In this document: piece by piece, positions 45,454 to 55,144 of the stretch
Layout of the letters: every line of letters starts with the position of its first letter
Numbering within the stretch: position 1 is the stretch's first letter
Assembly (NCBI GenBank): GCA_016936575.1
Contig: JAFGXQ010000133.1
Coordinates: 3,843-67,842 of the forward strand
Source: Deltaproteobacteria bacterium
GTDB lineage: Bacteria > Myxococcota_A > Polyangia > JAAYKL01
DNA: 64,000 nucleotides
Reading direction: 5' to 3'
The notes under the pieces: generated by a model
The model's database searches: none
The model's input: only the letters and a program-made list of their open reading frames with translations
Told to the model about the DNA's origin: nothing
Made by a program: the position numbers and the translations under genes

Positions 45454-48123
45454 TCAGTACTCCAATTTCATACCCAGGCTGGGCAGGAAGGGCAAGTCGT
45501 AGAAATGCCCCTGCTCGCTGTAGTCGTAGTTGTACATAGTACCGGCTACGTTTTTGTGGTTGTACACGTTCTGAATGTCCATATAGACGGTGAACGCCAG
45601 CGGGTTACCCTGCCATTTCTTTTCGAAGCGCAAATCGAGTTGATGGAAGGTGGGGGTTCGACCCGCGTTGTTGCCATCGTAAATCGGAAAATACTCGTTG
45701 CGATCGGCATCGTAGCCGGCACCCACAATGCGGTCGGTGGGTGTGCCGCTGACCAGCCGGAAGCGCAGTCCGGCCGTGAAGCCGCGCCCGAACTTCAGGC
45801 TGCCCACGGCGGTCAGTATGTGTCGCTGGTCGTAGTCAAACGGTCGCCAGTCGCCGCCCGCTTCATCTCGCCGTTCACTTTTCATGAGGGTATAGGAAAC
45901 CCAGCCGAAGAAGCGTTCGGTTTCCTTGTGTTTGAGCATCATTTCCATTCCGTACACCCTTCCGACACCGTCACTATCGAATCGTTCGGGAACGGTCTCT
46001 CCGTCGCGCACGATCATGTCGTTGGAGGCGGTCATCACGTTGTCGAGGTCTTTGTAGAATCCCTCTACGCTCAGGTTGAGGTTGGGGGTGAAATCCTGTT
46101 CCACACCCAGGCTGTAATGAACGGCGCGAATGAGGTCCAAATCGGGGTTGCCGTAATCGCGGTCGATGTATTCCACTGAGGGCGCCTGATGAAACAGACC
46201 GACGCCGCCTTTGAGGGTGGTTTTTTCAAAGAGGTGATACCGTGCGGTGAGTCGCGGGTCCACGCCCCAGGCATCCACCGAGCTGAAGTAGTCGGAACGC
46301 AATCCGAGAATCACTTCGGTTTTCGGAATCATCTGCAGGTCCGCTTCCGCATACAGCGACGGGCTGTAGTAAAAACGGTTACCGGTCAGTTCGTACCACT
46401 GGTCCACCCGTTCCGCGTCGTATGTATCTCCTTCCACATCAATATCACCGGGCACATACGCGTCGAGTTTCGCCCAGTTGAACTCCGAATCTGTACCCAG
46501 GCGCAAGGTGAATTTTTCGTTGGGGGTCCAGGTGACTTCATCGCGAAGTATCAGCGGGTAAATGTTCCAGGTGAGGGACATTTCGCCTTCCACATCAGAG
46601 ACGCCGTTGGTGCCGAATCCCAGGTTGAAGGTGTTTTGCCATTGTTCGGAAAATCGGTGCATCCATTCCACCTGTGCCTGGTATACCCAAATATGCAGGT
46701 CGAGGCCGCCTTCCCAGTTGGGAGAGTCGTCCCAGTTCATTTCCCAGCGGTCGTCCGACGCAAAGAAGAACAGTTTCAGGTTGTTGTTTTTACTGGGGTG
46801 GTAATCGGCGAGTACTTGAAAATCATAGTATCTGGGGGCAACCGTCATCTGCACGCTGTCACCGAACATGTCCACGTTGTTCATGATCACATCAATCCAG
46901 CTGCGCCTGCCCGAAACCGCGATAGACCAGTTTTTTCCGATGGGCCCTTCAAACAGCAGACCGCCGTCAAAGGCATCCACATCGATATACCCGTGGTAGC
47001 GTTCGGTGTTCGGCGTCTTGGTGTTCACGTCGATGGCGCCGCCGGTGGCGCGTCCGTAGCGAACCGAGAAGTTGCCGGGATAGTAATCAATCGATTCGAT
47101 GAGGTCGGAATTGACAATCGATGTGAGGCCGCCGAAGTGATACAGCAGGGGAGAGCGCAGGGAATCAAAAAAGAATCCGGAGTCTGCGTGAGAGCTGCCG
47201 CGAATCACCAGTTCACCTCCCATAAAGTTGGCGAGTGCCATGCCGGGCAGGTTCTGAACCGCGCGCAGGGCGTCGCCGCCGGTGCCGGGAATCTGCGTGA
47301 TCACTTCGCGACTGACCGTGCGACGGGTAACCTCCCGTGCGGGTTTTTCGCGTTTTGCGCGCACGACCACTTCATATTCGGCGTTGATGGTTTCCAGCCG
47401 ATAGGTCACATCCCGCTGTTCATCGGCGGTAAGAGTTTCCTCGACTTCGTACTTTTTATACCCCACGGCCGCCAGAGAAAGTCGGTAAGTACCTGCGGGA
47501 ATTCCCTGGGCGATGAAATTGCCGGCGTCATCGGTTTCGGTTTCAATCACTTCGGGTTTCCCCTCGGGCCACTGGTCGCCCACGGGAATCAACGCCACGT
47601 ATGCCCCCACCAGGGGGGCGTCATCAAAGTCTTTCAGAGTTCCCTGCAGGGTCGCGGCGGTGGCGGCCGGTTCAGCGTCGGCATCGGCGTCTGTGTCCGC
47701 GGGAGTTTCTTTCTGAATAAAGAATTTATACCGGTACATAAGAATACAGGGGGTCGCCACACCGTTCTGGGTGGCCGGCGAAAACACGAACTGCTTCATG
47801 GCCGCAGCCGCCGGGGTGTCAAATACCTCGCCCGCTGATTCAACAACGGTTACATTTGTTACGTGACCTTCCGCGTCGATTTCCAGTTCTGCCAGAACCG
47901 CTGCTTCAATCCCCTGTTCGAATTCCGCTTCGGGATACGGAGCATCCACATAGGTCACCAGCGTGGGCGGTACCAGACCGGAATCTGCAGATGCGGTGTC
48001 TGTGTCGGAGGCGACGCTGTCGGCGGAAGGAGACGCGGCGGATTCGTTGCCGGGGGACTGCGCCCGCGCCGGCTGAACCAGCAGTATTCCGCAAAGAAGA
48101 ATAAAATTTGGCATTCGGGTCAT
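45454..48123 (-). CDS. TonB-dependent outer-membrane receptor with N-terminal TonB-C-like and carboxypeptidase-regulatory-like (CarbopepD_reg) domains (Oar-like)
   Basis: Signal peptide MTRMPNFILLCGILLVQPARAQS. A TonB_C-like segment (YVDAPYPEAEFEQGIEAAVLAELEIDAEGHV...FDTPAAAAMKQFVFSPA). CarbopepD_reg (LQGTLKDFDDAPLVGAYVALIP). A plug region and a long beta-barrel ending in the terminal aromatic residue (...SLGMKLEY). Confidence 0.8.
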   Translation of the reverse strand: MTRMPNFILLCGILLVQPARAQSPGNESAASPSADSVASDTDTASADSGLVPPTLVTYVDAPYPEAEFEQGIEAAVLAELEIDAEGHVTNVTVVESAGEVFDTPAAAAMKQFVFSPATQNGVATPCILMYRYKFFIQKETPADTDADADAEPAATAATLQGTLKDFDDAPLVGAYVALIPVGDQWPEGKPEVIETETDDAGNFIAQGIPAGTYRLSLAAVGYKKYEVEETLTADEQRDVTYRLETINAEYEVVVRAKREKPAREVTRRTVSREVITQIPGTGGDALRAVQNLPGMALANFMGGELVIRGSSHADSGFFFDSLRSPLLYHFGGLTSIVNSDLIESIDYYPGNFSVRYGRATGGAIDVNTKTPNTERYHGYIDVDAFDGGLLFEGPIGKNWSIAVSGRRSWIDVIMNNVDMFGDSVQMTVAPRYYDFQVLADYHPSKNNNLKLFFFASDDRWEMNWDDSPNWEGGLDLHIWVYQAQVEWMHRFSEQWQNTFNLGFGTNGVSDVEGEMSLTWNIYPLILRDEVTWTPNEKFTLRLGTDSEFNWAKLDAYVPGDIDVEGDTYDAERVDQWYELTGNRFYYSPSLYAEADLQMIPKTEVILGLRSDYFSSVDAWGVDPRLTARYHLFEKTTLKGGVGLFHQAPSVEYIDRDYGNPDLDLIRAVHYSLGVEQDFTPNLNLSVEGFYKDLDNVMTASNDMIVRDGETVPERFDSDGVGRVYGMEMMLKHKETERFFGWVSYTLMKSERRDEAGGDWRPFDYDQRHILTAVGSLKFGRGFTAGLRFRLVSGTPTDRIVGAGYDADRNEYFPIYDGNNAGRTPTFHQLDLRFEKKWQGNPLAFTVYMDIQNVYNHKNVAGTMYNYDYSEQGHFYDLPFLPSLGMKLEY

Positions 48124-48407
48124 AGTTTTGCTCCAAAAGAGTGATGAACAACGCAATGTACGAGCGGTTCGTACATGGAACACTCTGCAGGAAAAAAAGT
48201 GTTCCTTTTATTTTCAATGCACGGAAAAAGTGTTGTGGGGGGCGCGCTTTTCCCGGCGCGCATGTGATATATGTGCTACTAATACAGACTGCGGTGTATT
48301 TTTTATGCGACGCGTGTGTTTTGGATGAGCCCAATCGGGGGGTGCGGCTCACCATATGGTAGAGCCGATGTTCGGCAACCACATTATCTGACTTAAAAAG
48401 GAAAATC

Positions 48408-50324
48408 ATGACAACACCACCCTCCCTTCTGCGACAATTTGCATTCATGACCGTATTTAGTTTGTTTTTCATCCAATGTGCTGAAAAGATTGAACCCGGC
48501 GCCGGTGAAGACGACAGCGCACCGGCATACCTGGACAGCGACTCAGACCGCATCACCGGTGATACTGACTCGCAAACGGATTCCGGCACGGACAGTGGCA
48601 CCGATACGGATGGAAACGACTCCGAAACGAATCCGTCACAGACGCTGGCACTGCTGGTGGACGATTTTGAAGACGGTGACAACCTCTCGTTATTGGGTGG
48701 GTTTTGGTACACGTACAGTGACGGTGGAAACGGCGGCGCCTCCTCGCTGAGCATTGAACGCGACACCGACGGGAACGTGGCGATGACCGGTGAGGGATAC
48801 GAATCGACGACCTCGCTGTATTTATCCTTCAATCTGGATCAGGGAGATTACCAATGGGCGCCCTACGTGGGATGGGGCATGACCTTTTTTGAAGGCGACA
48901 CTGCGTTTGACGCCACGCCGTACGCGGGCATTTCGTACTGGTACAAGGGCGCCGCCCATGCCATGCGCATTGAAACCAGCGATGTGACCGATTGGGATTA
49001 TTACCGAATCGAAGTCGATGCGGCGTCGGACTGGACCCTGGTGGCGGTGCCGTTCAGCTTCTTTACCCAGGCAGGGTGGGGAGAATCGGTGGATATGGTG
49101 CTCGATCATGTGACCCAGCTCAGTTGGGAGGCCAGCGGTGTGACCGGGCAGGAGGGGGAGATGTATATCGACAACCTCGGGTTCATCGACGCCGAAACAC
49201 TCAATATCGAGCCGGATTTGGTGATTCGCGACGCCGACGTGCCGGAACGGGACATTCTTTCTTCGGTGACCATCGACAGTGAGCTGCAAGCGTTGGCGAT
49301 GACCTATCTGAACCAGGGGTACAACCTCACCAACTGGCTGGAGCAGGGAAAATTCGAGTCGTATAAGTTCGACCAGGCATATGTGAATCAGCTGGCGGCC
49401 GCCGGATTTAAAGCGCTCAGGCTTCCGGTGGATCTCGATTTGTACATTGAGAATCGCGACGAATACTTTGCCGGGGAAGCCGCATTCGCAGTGGAGCCGC
49501 TGCTGTTTGAAATTCTCGACAACTTTGAACAGTGGACGGCGGAGGCTGGGCTTTCGCTCACCATCGACTTTCATCAGTACGACAGTTCCCTCGACATTAC
49601 CGACCCGGTTTATGTGGATGCGGCGGTAGCGCTGTGGACTGCGGTGGCGGAACATTTTGCCGCCAATACGCGGGAAGACATTTTTTACGAACTGGTGAAC
49701 GAACCCGAACTGTCGGCAGGGGTGTCGTCGGTCGATGCGGAGCCCTATGGGGAGTTTGCGCAGCAACTGATAGACGGCATTCGTTCAGTGGATACCACAC
49801 ATGTGATTCTGTTCGGAGATGTGCAGTGGAACTCGATTGGTTTACTGACGCTGCGCACTCCGTTCACGGATGATCGCATGGTGTACGTATTCCATTTTTA
49901 CGAACCGTTTGTCTTCACCCATCAGGGCGCCAGCTGGTCTGATATGGGCAATACCCGCAATATTCCGTATCCGTATGATCCGGCGCGCTGGTCGGAATAC
50001 TCATCGGATTTCGGATTCATGCCCACGCAGCCCGACTGGCACTTCATGGCGTTGAACGATTACTATCGCAAGGGAAACGCCAACTGGATGTACAATCAAA
50101 TCGTGAAAGCCAAACGGTGGGGCGTGGAAAACGGGGTTCCGGTAATTTGCAACGAATTCGGGGTGTATGATCGAACCGTGCAGCGGGAAGACTACATCAA
50201 CTACTATACCGATGTCATCGGGTTGTTCGAAGAACTCGAAATTCCCTGGCAGACCTGGTTCATGATCATGGATTCCACCACCGGAGAAGTTCCCGCCGAC
50301 CTGGCCGCTGCATTCGGTTTATAA
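48408..50324 (+). CDS. Secreted glycoside hydrolase family 5 (cellulase/mannanase-type) with an N-terminal Asp-Ser/Thr linker and a carbohydrate-binding-like module
   Basis: Signal peptide / lipobox-like N-terminus, then a DSDSDRITGDTDSQTDSGTDSGTDTDGNDSE linker. GH5 catalytic-acid motif (YELVNEP) and nucleophile region (VICNEFGV). Confidence 0.75.
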   Translation: MTTPPSLLRQFAFMTVFSLFFIQCAEKIEPGAGEDDSAPAYLDSDSDRITGDTDSQTDSGTDSGTDTDGNDSETNPSQTLALLVDDFEDGDNLSLLGGFWYTYSDGGNGGASSLSIERDTDGNVAMTGEGYESTTSLYLSFNLDQGDYQWAPYVGWGMTFFEGDTAFDATPYAGISYWYKGAAHAMRIETSDVTDWDYYRIEVDAASDWTLVAVPFSFFTQAGWGESVDMVLDHVTQLSWEASGVTGQEGEMYIDNLGFIDAETLNIEPDLVIRDADVPERDILSSVTIDSELQALAMTYLNQGYNLTNWLEQGKFESYKFDQAYVNQLAAAGFKALRLPVDLDLYIENRDEYFAGEAAFAVEPLLFEILDNFEQWTAEAGLSLTIDFHQYDSSLDITDPVYVDAAVALWTAVAEHFAANTREDIFYELVNEPELSAGVSSVDAEPYGEFAQQLIDGIRSVDTTHVILFGDVQWNSIGLLTLRTPFTDDRMVYVFHFYEPFVFTHQGASWSDMGNTRNIPYPYDPARWSEYSSDFGFMPTQPDWHFMALNDYYRKGNANWMYNQIVKAKRWGVENGVPVICNEFGVYDRTVQREDYINYYTDVIGLFEELEIPWQTWFMIMDSTTGEVPADLAAAFGL

Positions 50325-50366
50325 TTTGACGGGGACGGGGTGACGGGGCTTCCCTTCGCGCGGCAT

Positions 50367-51635
50367 CTATGCAGATTGCTGTGTCGCAGTGCTTCTGGTG
50401 GTTCGGCGGCGCCGTTTAAACCGATCAGTCGTATTTTTTTTTGACCGATGTTTCCGGTGATGAAACGGGATCGGATCTGACGGGGGCACGGTTGTTTGAG
50501 ATTCATCACTGGGTATGGGTTCTGCGGAATTGTTTCGGTCGATACTGTTGCCCAACAGTTTCTCCACCTGGCGAAGCAGATGTATGTCGTCCGGTGTCAC
50601 TAGAGATACCGCTCTACCTGTTTCGCCGGCGCGACCGGTTCGACCGATTCGGTGGACGTAGTCTTCAGGCACATTGGGCAGATCGAAATTGATGACCCAG
50701 GGCAGTTTTTCGATATCGATGCCTCGTGCTGCGATGTCGGTTGCCACCAGTACCTGAATATGGTTGTTTTTAAACCGGTTAAGTGAATTGGTGCGCGCAG
50801 ACTGACTTTTATTGCTGTGGAATGCATCGGCATCAATACCCTGTTTATCCAAATGTTGTGCCAGCTTGTTCGCTCCGTGTTTGGTCCGGGTGAACACCAG
50901 CGCCTGAGCTCGATGCTCCGACCGTATCAGTTTGATCAGCATATTTTTTTTCTGGTCCGCTGCGACGTGACAAACGGATTGGGCTACCTGATGAGCGGCT
51001 TCGTTCTTTTTCGACACTTCCACTAGAATAGGCTGTTTCAGTATATTGCAGGCAAACTTCCGAATGCTGTCTGAGTATGTGGCAGAAAACAGCAGGTTTT
51101 GTCTTTGGGAAGGCAGAAGCGAAATCAGCTTGCGGATATCATGTAAAAATCCCATATCAAGCATTCTGTCCGCCTCGTCGAGTATGAGAAATTTAATCCG
51201 GGACAAATCCAAGTGTCCGCGATTAACCAGATCAAGAAGACGCCCGGGGCAGGCGACAAGCACATCGACTCCGTGACCGATTTGTTGAATCTGCGGGTTG
51301 ATATTCACTCCACCATATAGCGCCGCACAACGCTGATGCAGCTGGCTTCCAAAATCAATGAAGCTGCGGTGAACCTGTTCTGCCAGTTCGCGGGTTGGTG
51401 TCAGAACAAGCGCTCGGGGATAGTGCTCGCGATTGTTCTGCTTTTCCAGAAGCTGCAGTACCGGCAACGCAAACGCAGCTGTTTTTCCGGTGCCGGTTTG
51501 CGCGCCGCCCAACAGATCTTTCCCCTCCAGGATAAACGGAATTGCTTTTTGCTGAATAGGGGACGGCTGACTGAAGCCTTTTTCTGAAACGGATTTCAGA
51601 AGGCTCGGCATTAAACCGAGGTCTCTAAATGTCAT
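50367..51635 (-). CDS. DEAD-box ATP-dependent RNA helicase
   Basis: Q-motif, Walker A AQTGTGKT, PTRELAEQ, DEAD (ILDEADRMLDMGF), SAT, and HRIGRTGRAG; basic C-terminal tail. Confidence 0.9.
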   Translation of the reverse strand: MTFRDLGLMPSLLKSVSEKGFSQPSPIQQKAIPFILEGKDLLGGAQTGTGKTAAFALPVLQLLEKQNNREHYPRALVLTPTRELAEQVHRSFIDFGSQLHQRCAALYGGVNINPQIQQIGHGVDVLVACPGRLLDLVNRGHLDLSRIKFLILDEADRMLDMGFLHDIRKLISLLPSQRQNLLFSATYSDSIRKFACNILKQPILVEVSKKNEAAHQVAQSVCHVAADQKKNMLIKLIRSEHRAQALVFTRTKHGANKLAQHLDKQGIDADAFHSNKSQSARTNSLNRFKNNHIQVLVATDIAARGIDIEKLPWVINFDLPNVPEDYVHRIGRTGRAGETGRAVSLVTPDDIHLLRQVEKLLGNSIDRNNSAEPIPSDESQTTVPPSDPIPFHHRKHRSKKNTTDRFKRRRRTTRSTATQQSA

Positions 51636-53335
51636 TATATGTATTCTCCGAAGTTACACCTGCTGCAATGGGCAGCGCCGATCAATGGTAACTTTTTTTG
51701 TTATGCCAGGTGAGGAAGGAAACGGTTTGGATTCTTTACTAGACTTGGCGGGACGCCGACCGGCGACGCCCGTTGATTTGTTGTCGGAATCTAACACACA
51801 TTTGCTGAAACACAACCGAAAATGCTGAAAACGTCATTATTCGCTGATTCAAAATCACATGTTTCGTCAATACGTGGGCGTGAATTCCACTCTTAATCAG
51901 GAGGTGAAACTGAGCGAATAAAGCATTCAATTCGTTTGATAATTAACGCAGCTCGTCGTTTAAGACCAAACGAAGCAGCACTTAGCACAGACAGGAATAC
52001 GGCTACCGCGATGGTTCCCCAAAAAATGAATATAATCGTCTGATACTGCATTTTGACACCTGTTTACGGACATTTACGAGTCATCTTTGGCCGGAAGCCT
52101 GATAACAGCAATCCCACTCAGAAAAGCGGTTCACACTGTGGAACAACTCATTCAAAATTGAATACACCATGCATCTGGCTGAGAAGTTATTGTCCGCAAT
52201 CGCTGTAGAAATTGTCATTGTTGGATATTTTTCGAACATGAATTGCTGCATTGCATGTGTTCTCAGGGGTCGTGAAAATTAGAACATCCCAGCACATTGA
52301 ACAAATCCGAAACGCCGGATAAGCAAAGCCATGGTTCATTTTGGGACCCATTGTTGGGTTTCTCCTGTTGCGGACCCAAATCGGGGCACGTTCTTTAAGA
52401 AAGGTTGAACGCGACCTCCGGACTTAGTGGGGTTATTTGTAATGGCTCATTGTATTTAATTTTACCAACGGCTGCGAAGAGGCAACCGATGCAAAGAGGT
52501 TTGCCTCTCATATCTGCCAATGCCGGTATGTTGCACTCATTACAGATAATCGGAAAAAATGGGATTTTCACTGTTTTCGGTTTCATTTTTTTGTTCAATC
52601 TGATTCCGCAGAATCGGCTGTTACGTGTTGTTTGCTCCATCATGTGCAGTTGGTATCAATTCGTGCGAAGACAATAGTATTTGGTTCGTTGATGGACCAC
52701 ATGTTTCAGAGAGTGGAATAAACGGTCGACATAAATTCACATAAATCAGGTCGGTCCATTTACTAAATCGTGTCCGGCAAAGATGCGGTCGGTGTTCGAG
52801 CTTTTGCTGCTGCAGTTCGTCACTGATTTGGATATCCATATTTTTTGCTGCTTTCTGAATTTATGAAGTGAAAATAAACTGATGAAAAACAATCGACTTT
52901 TTTCAATGGTCTATTTGCAATTTCACCGGTAACCACAAATACGACAGGCCAAACTACATTCGTAGCGCTTGTACCAAGTCACCGATTTGCATGTGTAATT
53001 CTATATGCACATTCGGCGCCACCCTGGTACAAATATTATCAGTCTGTTTTTCATAAGACTTTCCGGATGATTGCATTGGTTGCTGCTATAAATTTGCGTG
53101 CTGCGATCAATCAAAATGAATGCATGTTGCCATCAAAATGATGCAGTGGTCGATTATGTGGTTACGTTTACTGCTGGTAAGAGAATCCAGTGATTTTACT
53201 GTTCGTCCATCGTGTCGTGTTTCGCAACAAATTCAACACACAGTAAGATGATTGTTTTTAATGACGTCCGGCTTTTGGAATGATCGCTGAAAGCTGTGTA
53301 TTTATATATAAGATGAAAGCCCCATGGAGCGCTAT

Positions 53336-54373
53336 ATGATTGTAGACAATAACGCTGAAAAAGAAGTGAATAGCTATTTGAGTGGGGGGACGGATGTTGA
53401 ACAGTGGCCTGGCATCGTTGCACACAGTGGCGAAATGAAGACGCTGATACAAATGGCCAGACGTGTGGCAAACGTGGACGCCACCGTGTTAATCACTGGA
53501 GAAAGTGGTGTGGGGAAGGAACGCATTGCTACATTGCTTCATGCGGCGTCTTTTCGGGCACGACGTTCTTTTGTATCACTGAATTGCGCCGCAATCGCCG
53601 AACCGTTGCTGGAGAGTGAGCTGTTTGGTCATGTCCGCGGTGCATTCACAGGAGCGGTTTCTACCCGCCCGGGATTGTTTGAAACAGCAGACCGGGGAAC
53701 CATTTTACTTGATGAAATCGGTGAAGTGTCGGCGGAAATGCAAGTGAAACTCTTGAGAGTGCTGCAGGAAAGAGAAGTGCGCAGAGTCGGTGAAAATATC
53801 ATTCGACCAATTGATGTGCGTATTGTCGCAGCAACGAATCGCGATTTGGCGGCGGCGGTGGTCGATGGATTTTTTCGGGAAGACTTGTATTATCGACTAA
53901 ACGTAATAGAATTGCAGGTACCGCCATTGCGACGACGGACAGACGATATTTTGCCATTGGCCCATCTGTTTCTTTCGGCAGCTTCAAAAAAAAATAAACG
54001 TGACATCATTGGTTTTCATCATGACGCGATGAGCCTTCTGCTTCGTTATCAATGGCCTGGAAATGTTCGTGAACTTGAAAACTCGATAGAGCGGGCGGTG
54101 TTGTTCTCTCAGCATCAATGCGTGGTCGCAACAGATCTACCCGCAGCAATACAAAGACACTCAACATCTGATAGCGCGGAGCATGAGGATGTAACAGAAG
54201 GAGCTTGTGTCGATACACCGGTTGAGACACTGGACGAAGTGGAGCGCAAACACATTCTTTCTGTCCTGGACATGAATGGCGGCAATCAGGCTCGCACGGC
54301 GCTTCAGCTTGGCATTGGAACCGCGACGCTGTATCGAAAATTAAAAAAATATAAACGCATATCCGAGAGGTAG
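53336..54373 (+). CDS. Sigma-54-dependent transcriptional activator (AAA+ + Fis-type HTH; no receiver domain)
   Basis: Walker A GESGVGKE, GAFTGA motif, ESELFGH, and a C-terminal HTH (LQLGIGTATLYRKLKKY). The N-terminal region is only about 30 aa. It is preceded by 1.7 kb of AT-rich non-coding DNA. Confidence 0.85.
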   Translation: MIVDNNAEKEVNSYLSGGTDVEQWPGIVAHSGEMKTLIQMARRVANVDATVLITGESGVGKERIATLLHAASFRARRSFVSLNCAAIAEPLLESELFGHVRGAFTGAVSTRPGLFETADRGTILLDEIGEVSAEMQVKLLRVLQEREVRRVGENIIRPIDVRIVAATNRDLAAAVVDGFFREDLYYRLNVIELQVPPLRRRTDDILPLAHLFLSAASKKNKRDIIGFHHDAMSLLLRYQWPGNVRELENSIERAVLFSQHQCVVATDLPAAIQRHSTSDSAEHEDVTEGACVDTPVETLDEVERKHILSVLDMNGGNQARTALQLGIGTATLYRKLKKYKRISER

Positions 54374-54509
54374 AAGTGACAGTCAAACCAACGAGCGCCG
54401 CTGCAGTTCTCTACCTCTAATGATTTGCGAAACGTTATTCTGTACAGGTCTTACTGAAGGGCGTAATTATTTTTACATCTTTAATTCAGGGATTGTGTTA
54501 AGGCGGGGC

Positions 54510-54977
54510 ATGAGTAGAAATAATTATTCACAAGAAAAAAAACAGCGAGCGTCAGAAAAGGCGCAAAAGAAAAAGGCCAAAGCGGAACGCCGGAAACAGC
54601 GGCAACAGGAAGGACCGGAAGAATTTCAAATCGTTTCAGCAGAAGACATTGTCGGCCGATTGCCGTCGAGCGCAGATGCCATGCGAATGATTGAGGAACG
54701 CGCATCAGCGCCTAAAGCAGCGGCAACCGTGCCCTGCAAGTTATTCGTCGGCAGTCTCACTGATATAGTGACAGAGGAGGTATTGAGGGACATTTTCTCC
54801 CAATTTGGAAAAATCTCTGAAGCGGCAGTCATTCGAGATAGAAACACGAATCAGTCGCGAGGATTTGCTTTTGTTACGTTTGAAAACCGTCATGATGGGG
54901 CAAAAGCAGTTGAAGAAATGGATGGTTATGAGCTGGATGGACACAACATCAGTGTAAAAGTGGCCACCGGCCGTTAA
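54510..54977 (+). CDS. RRM-type RNA-binding protein with a Lys-rich N-terminal extension
   Basis: RNP2 (LFVGSL) and RNP1 (RGFAFVTF) motifs; N-terminal KKQRASEKAQKKKAKAERRKQRQQ. Confidence 0.8.
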   Translation: MSRNNYSQEKKQRASEKAQKKKAKAERRKQRQQEGPEEFQIVSAEDIVGRLPSSADAMRMIEERASAPKAAATVPCKLFVGSLTDIVTEEVLRDIFSQFGKISEAAVIRDRNTNQSRGFAFVTFENRHDGAKAVEEMDGYELDGHNISVKVATGR

Positions 54978-55144
54978 TTCGAAAAATGAAACGAATTGCC
55001 AGGCCGTACACACATGTCGAATTATAAATACAACTTATTATAAATCCTGTATAGTTTGATTCGTCGCATCTCCTGCGTCCCTTTTCAATGGTTGAAAAGC
55101 AGCGCCGCCTTTTGCTCTACATAAATGTCAGGAAGGATTCCATC

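Noticed and set aside
52395-52643. An 82-codon Cys-containing ORF in the AT-rich non-coding region
   Set aside because: No RBS, atypical composition, no recognisable motif; it is most likely spurious. It is kept only as part of the non-coding-region finding.
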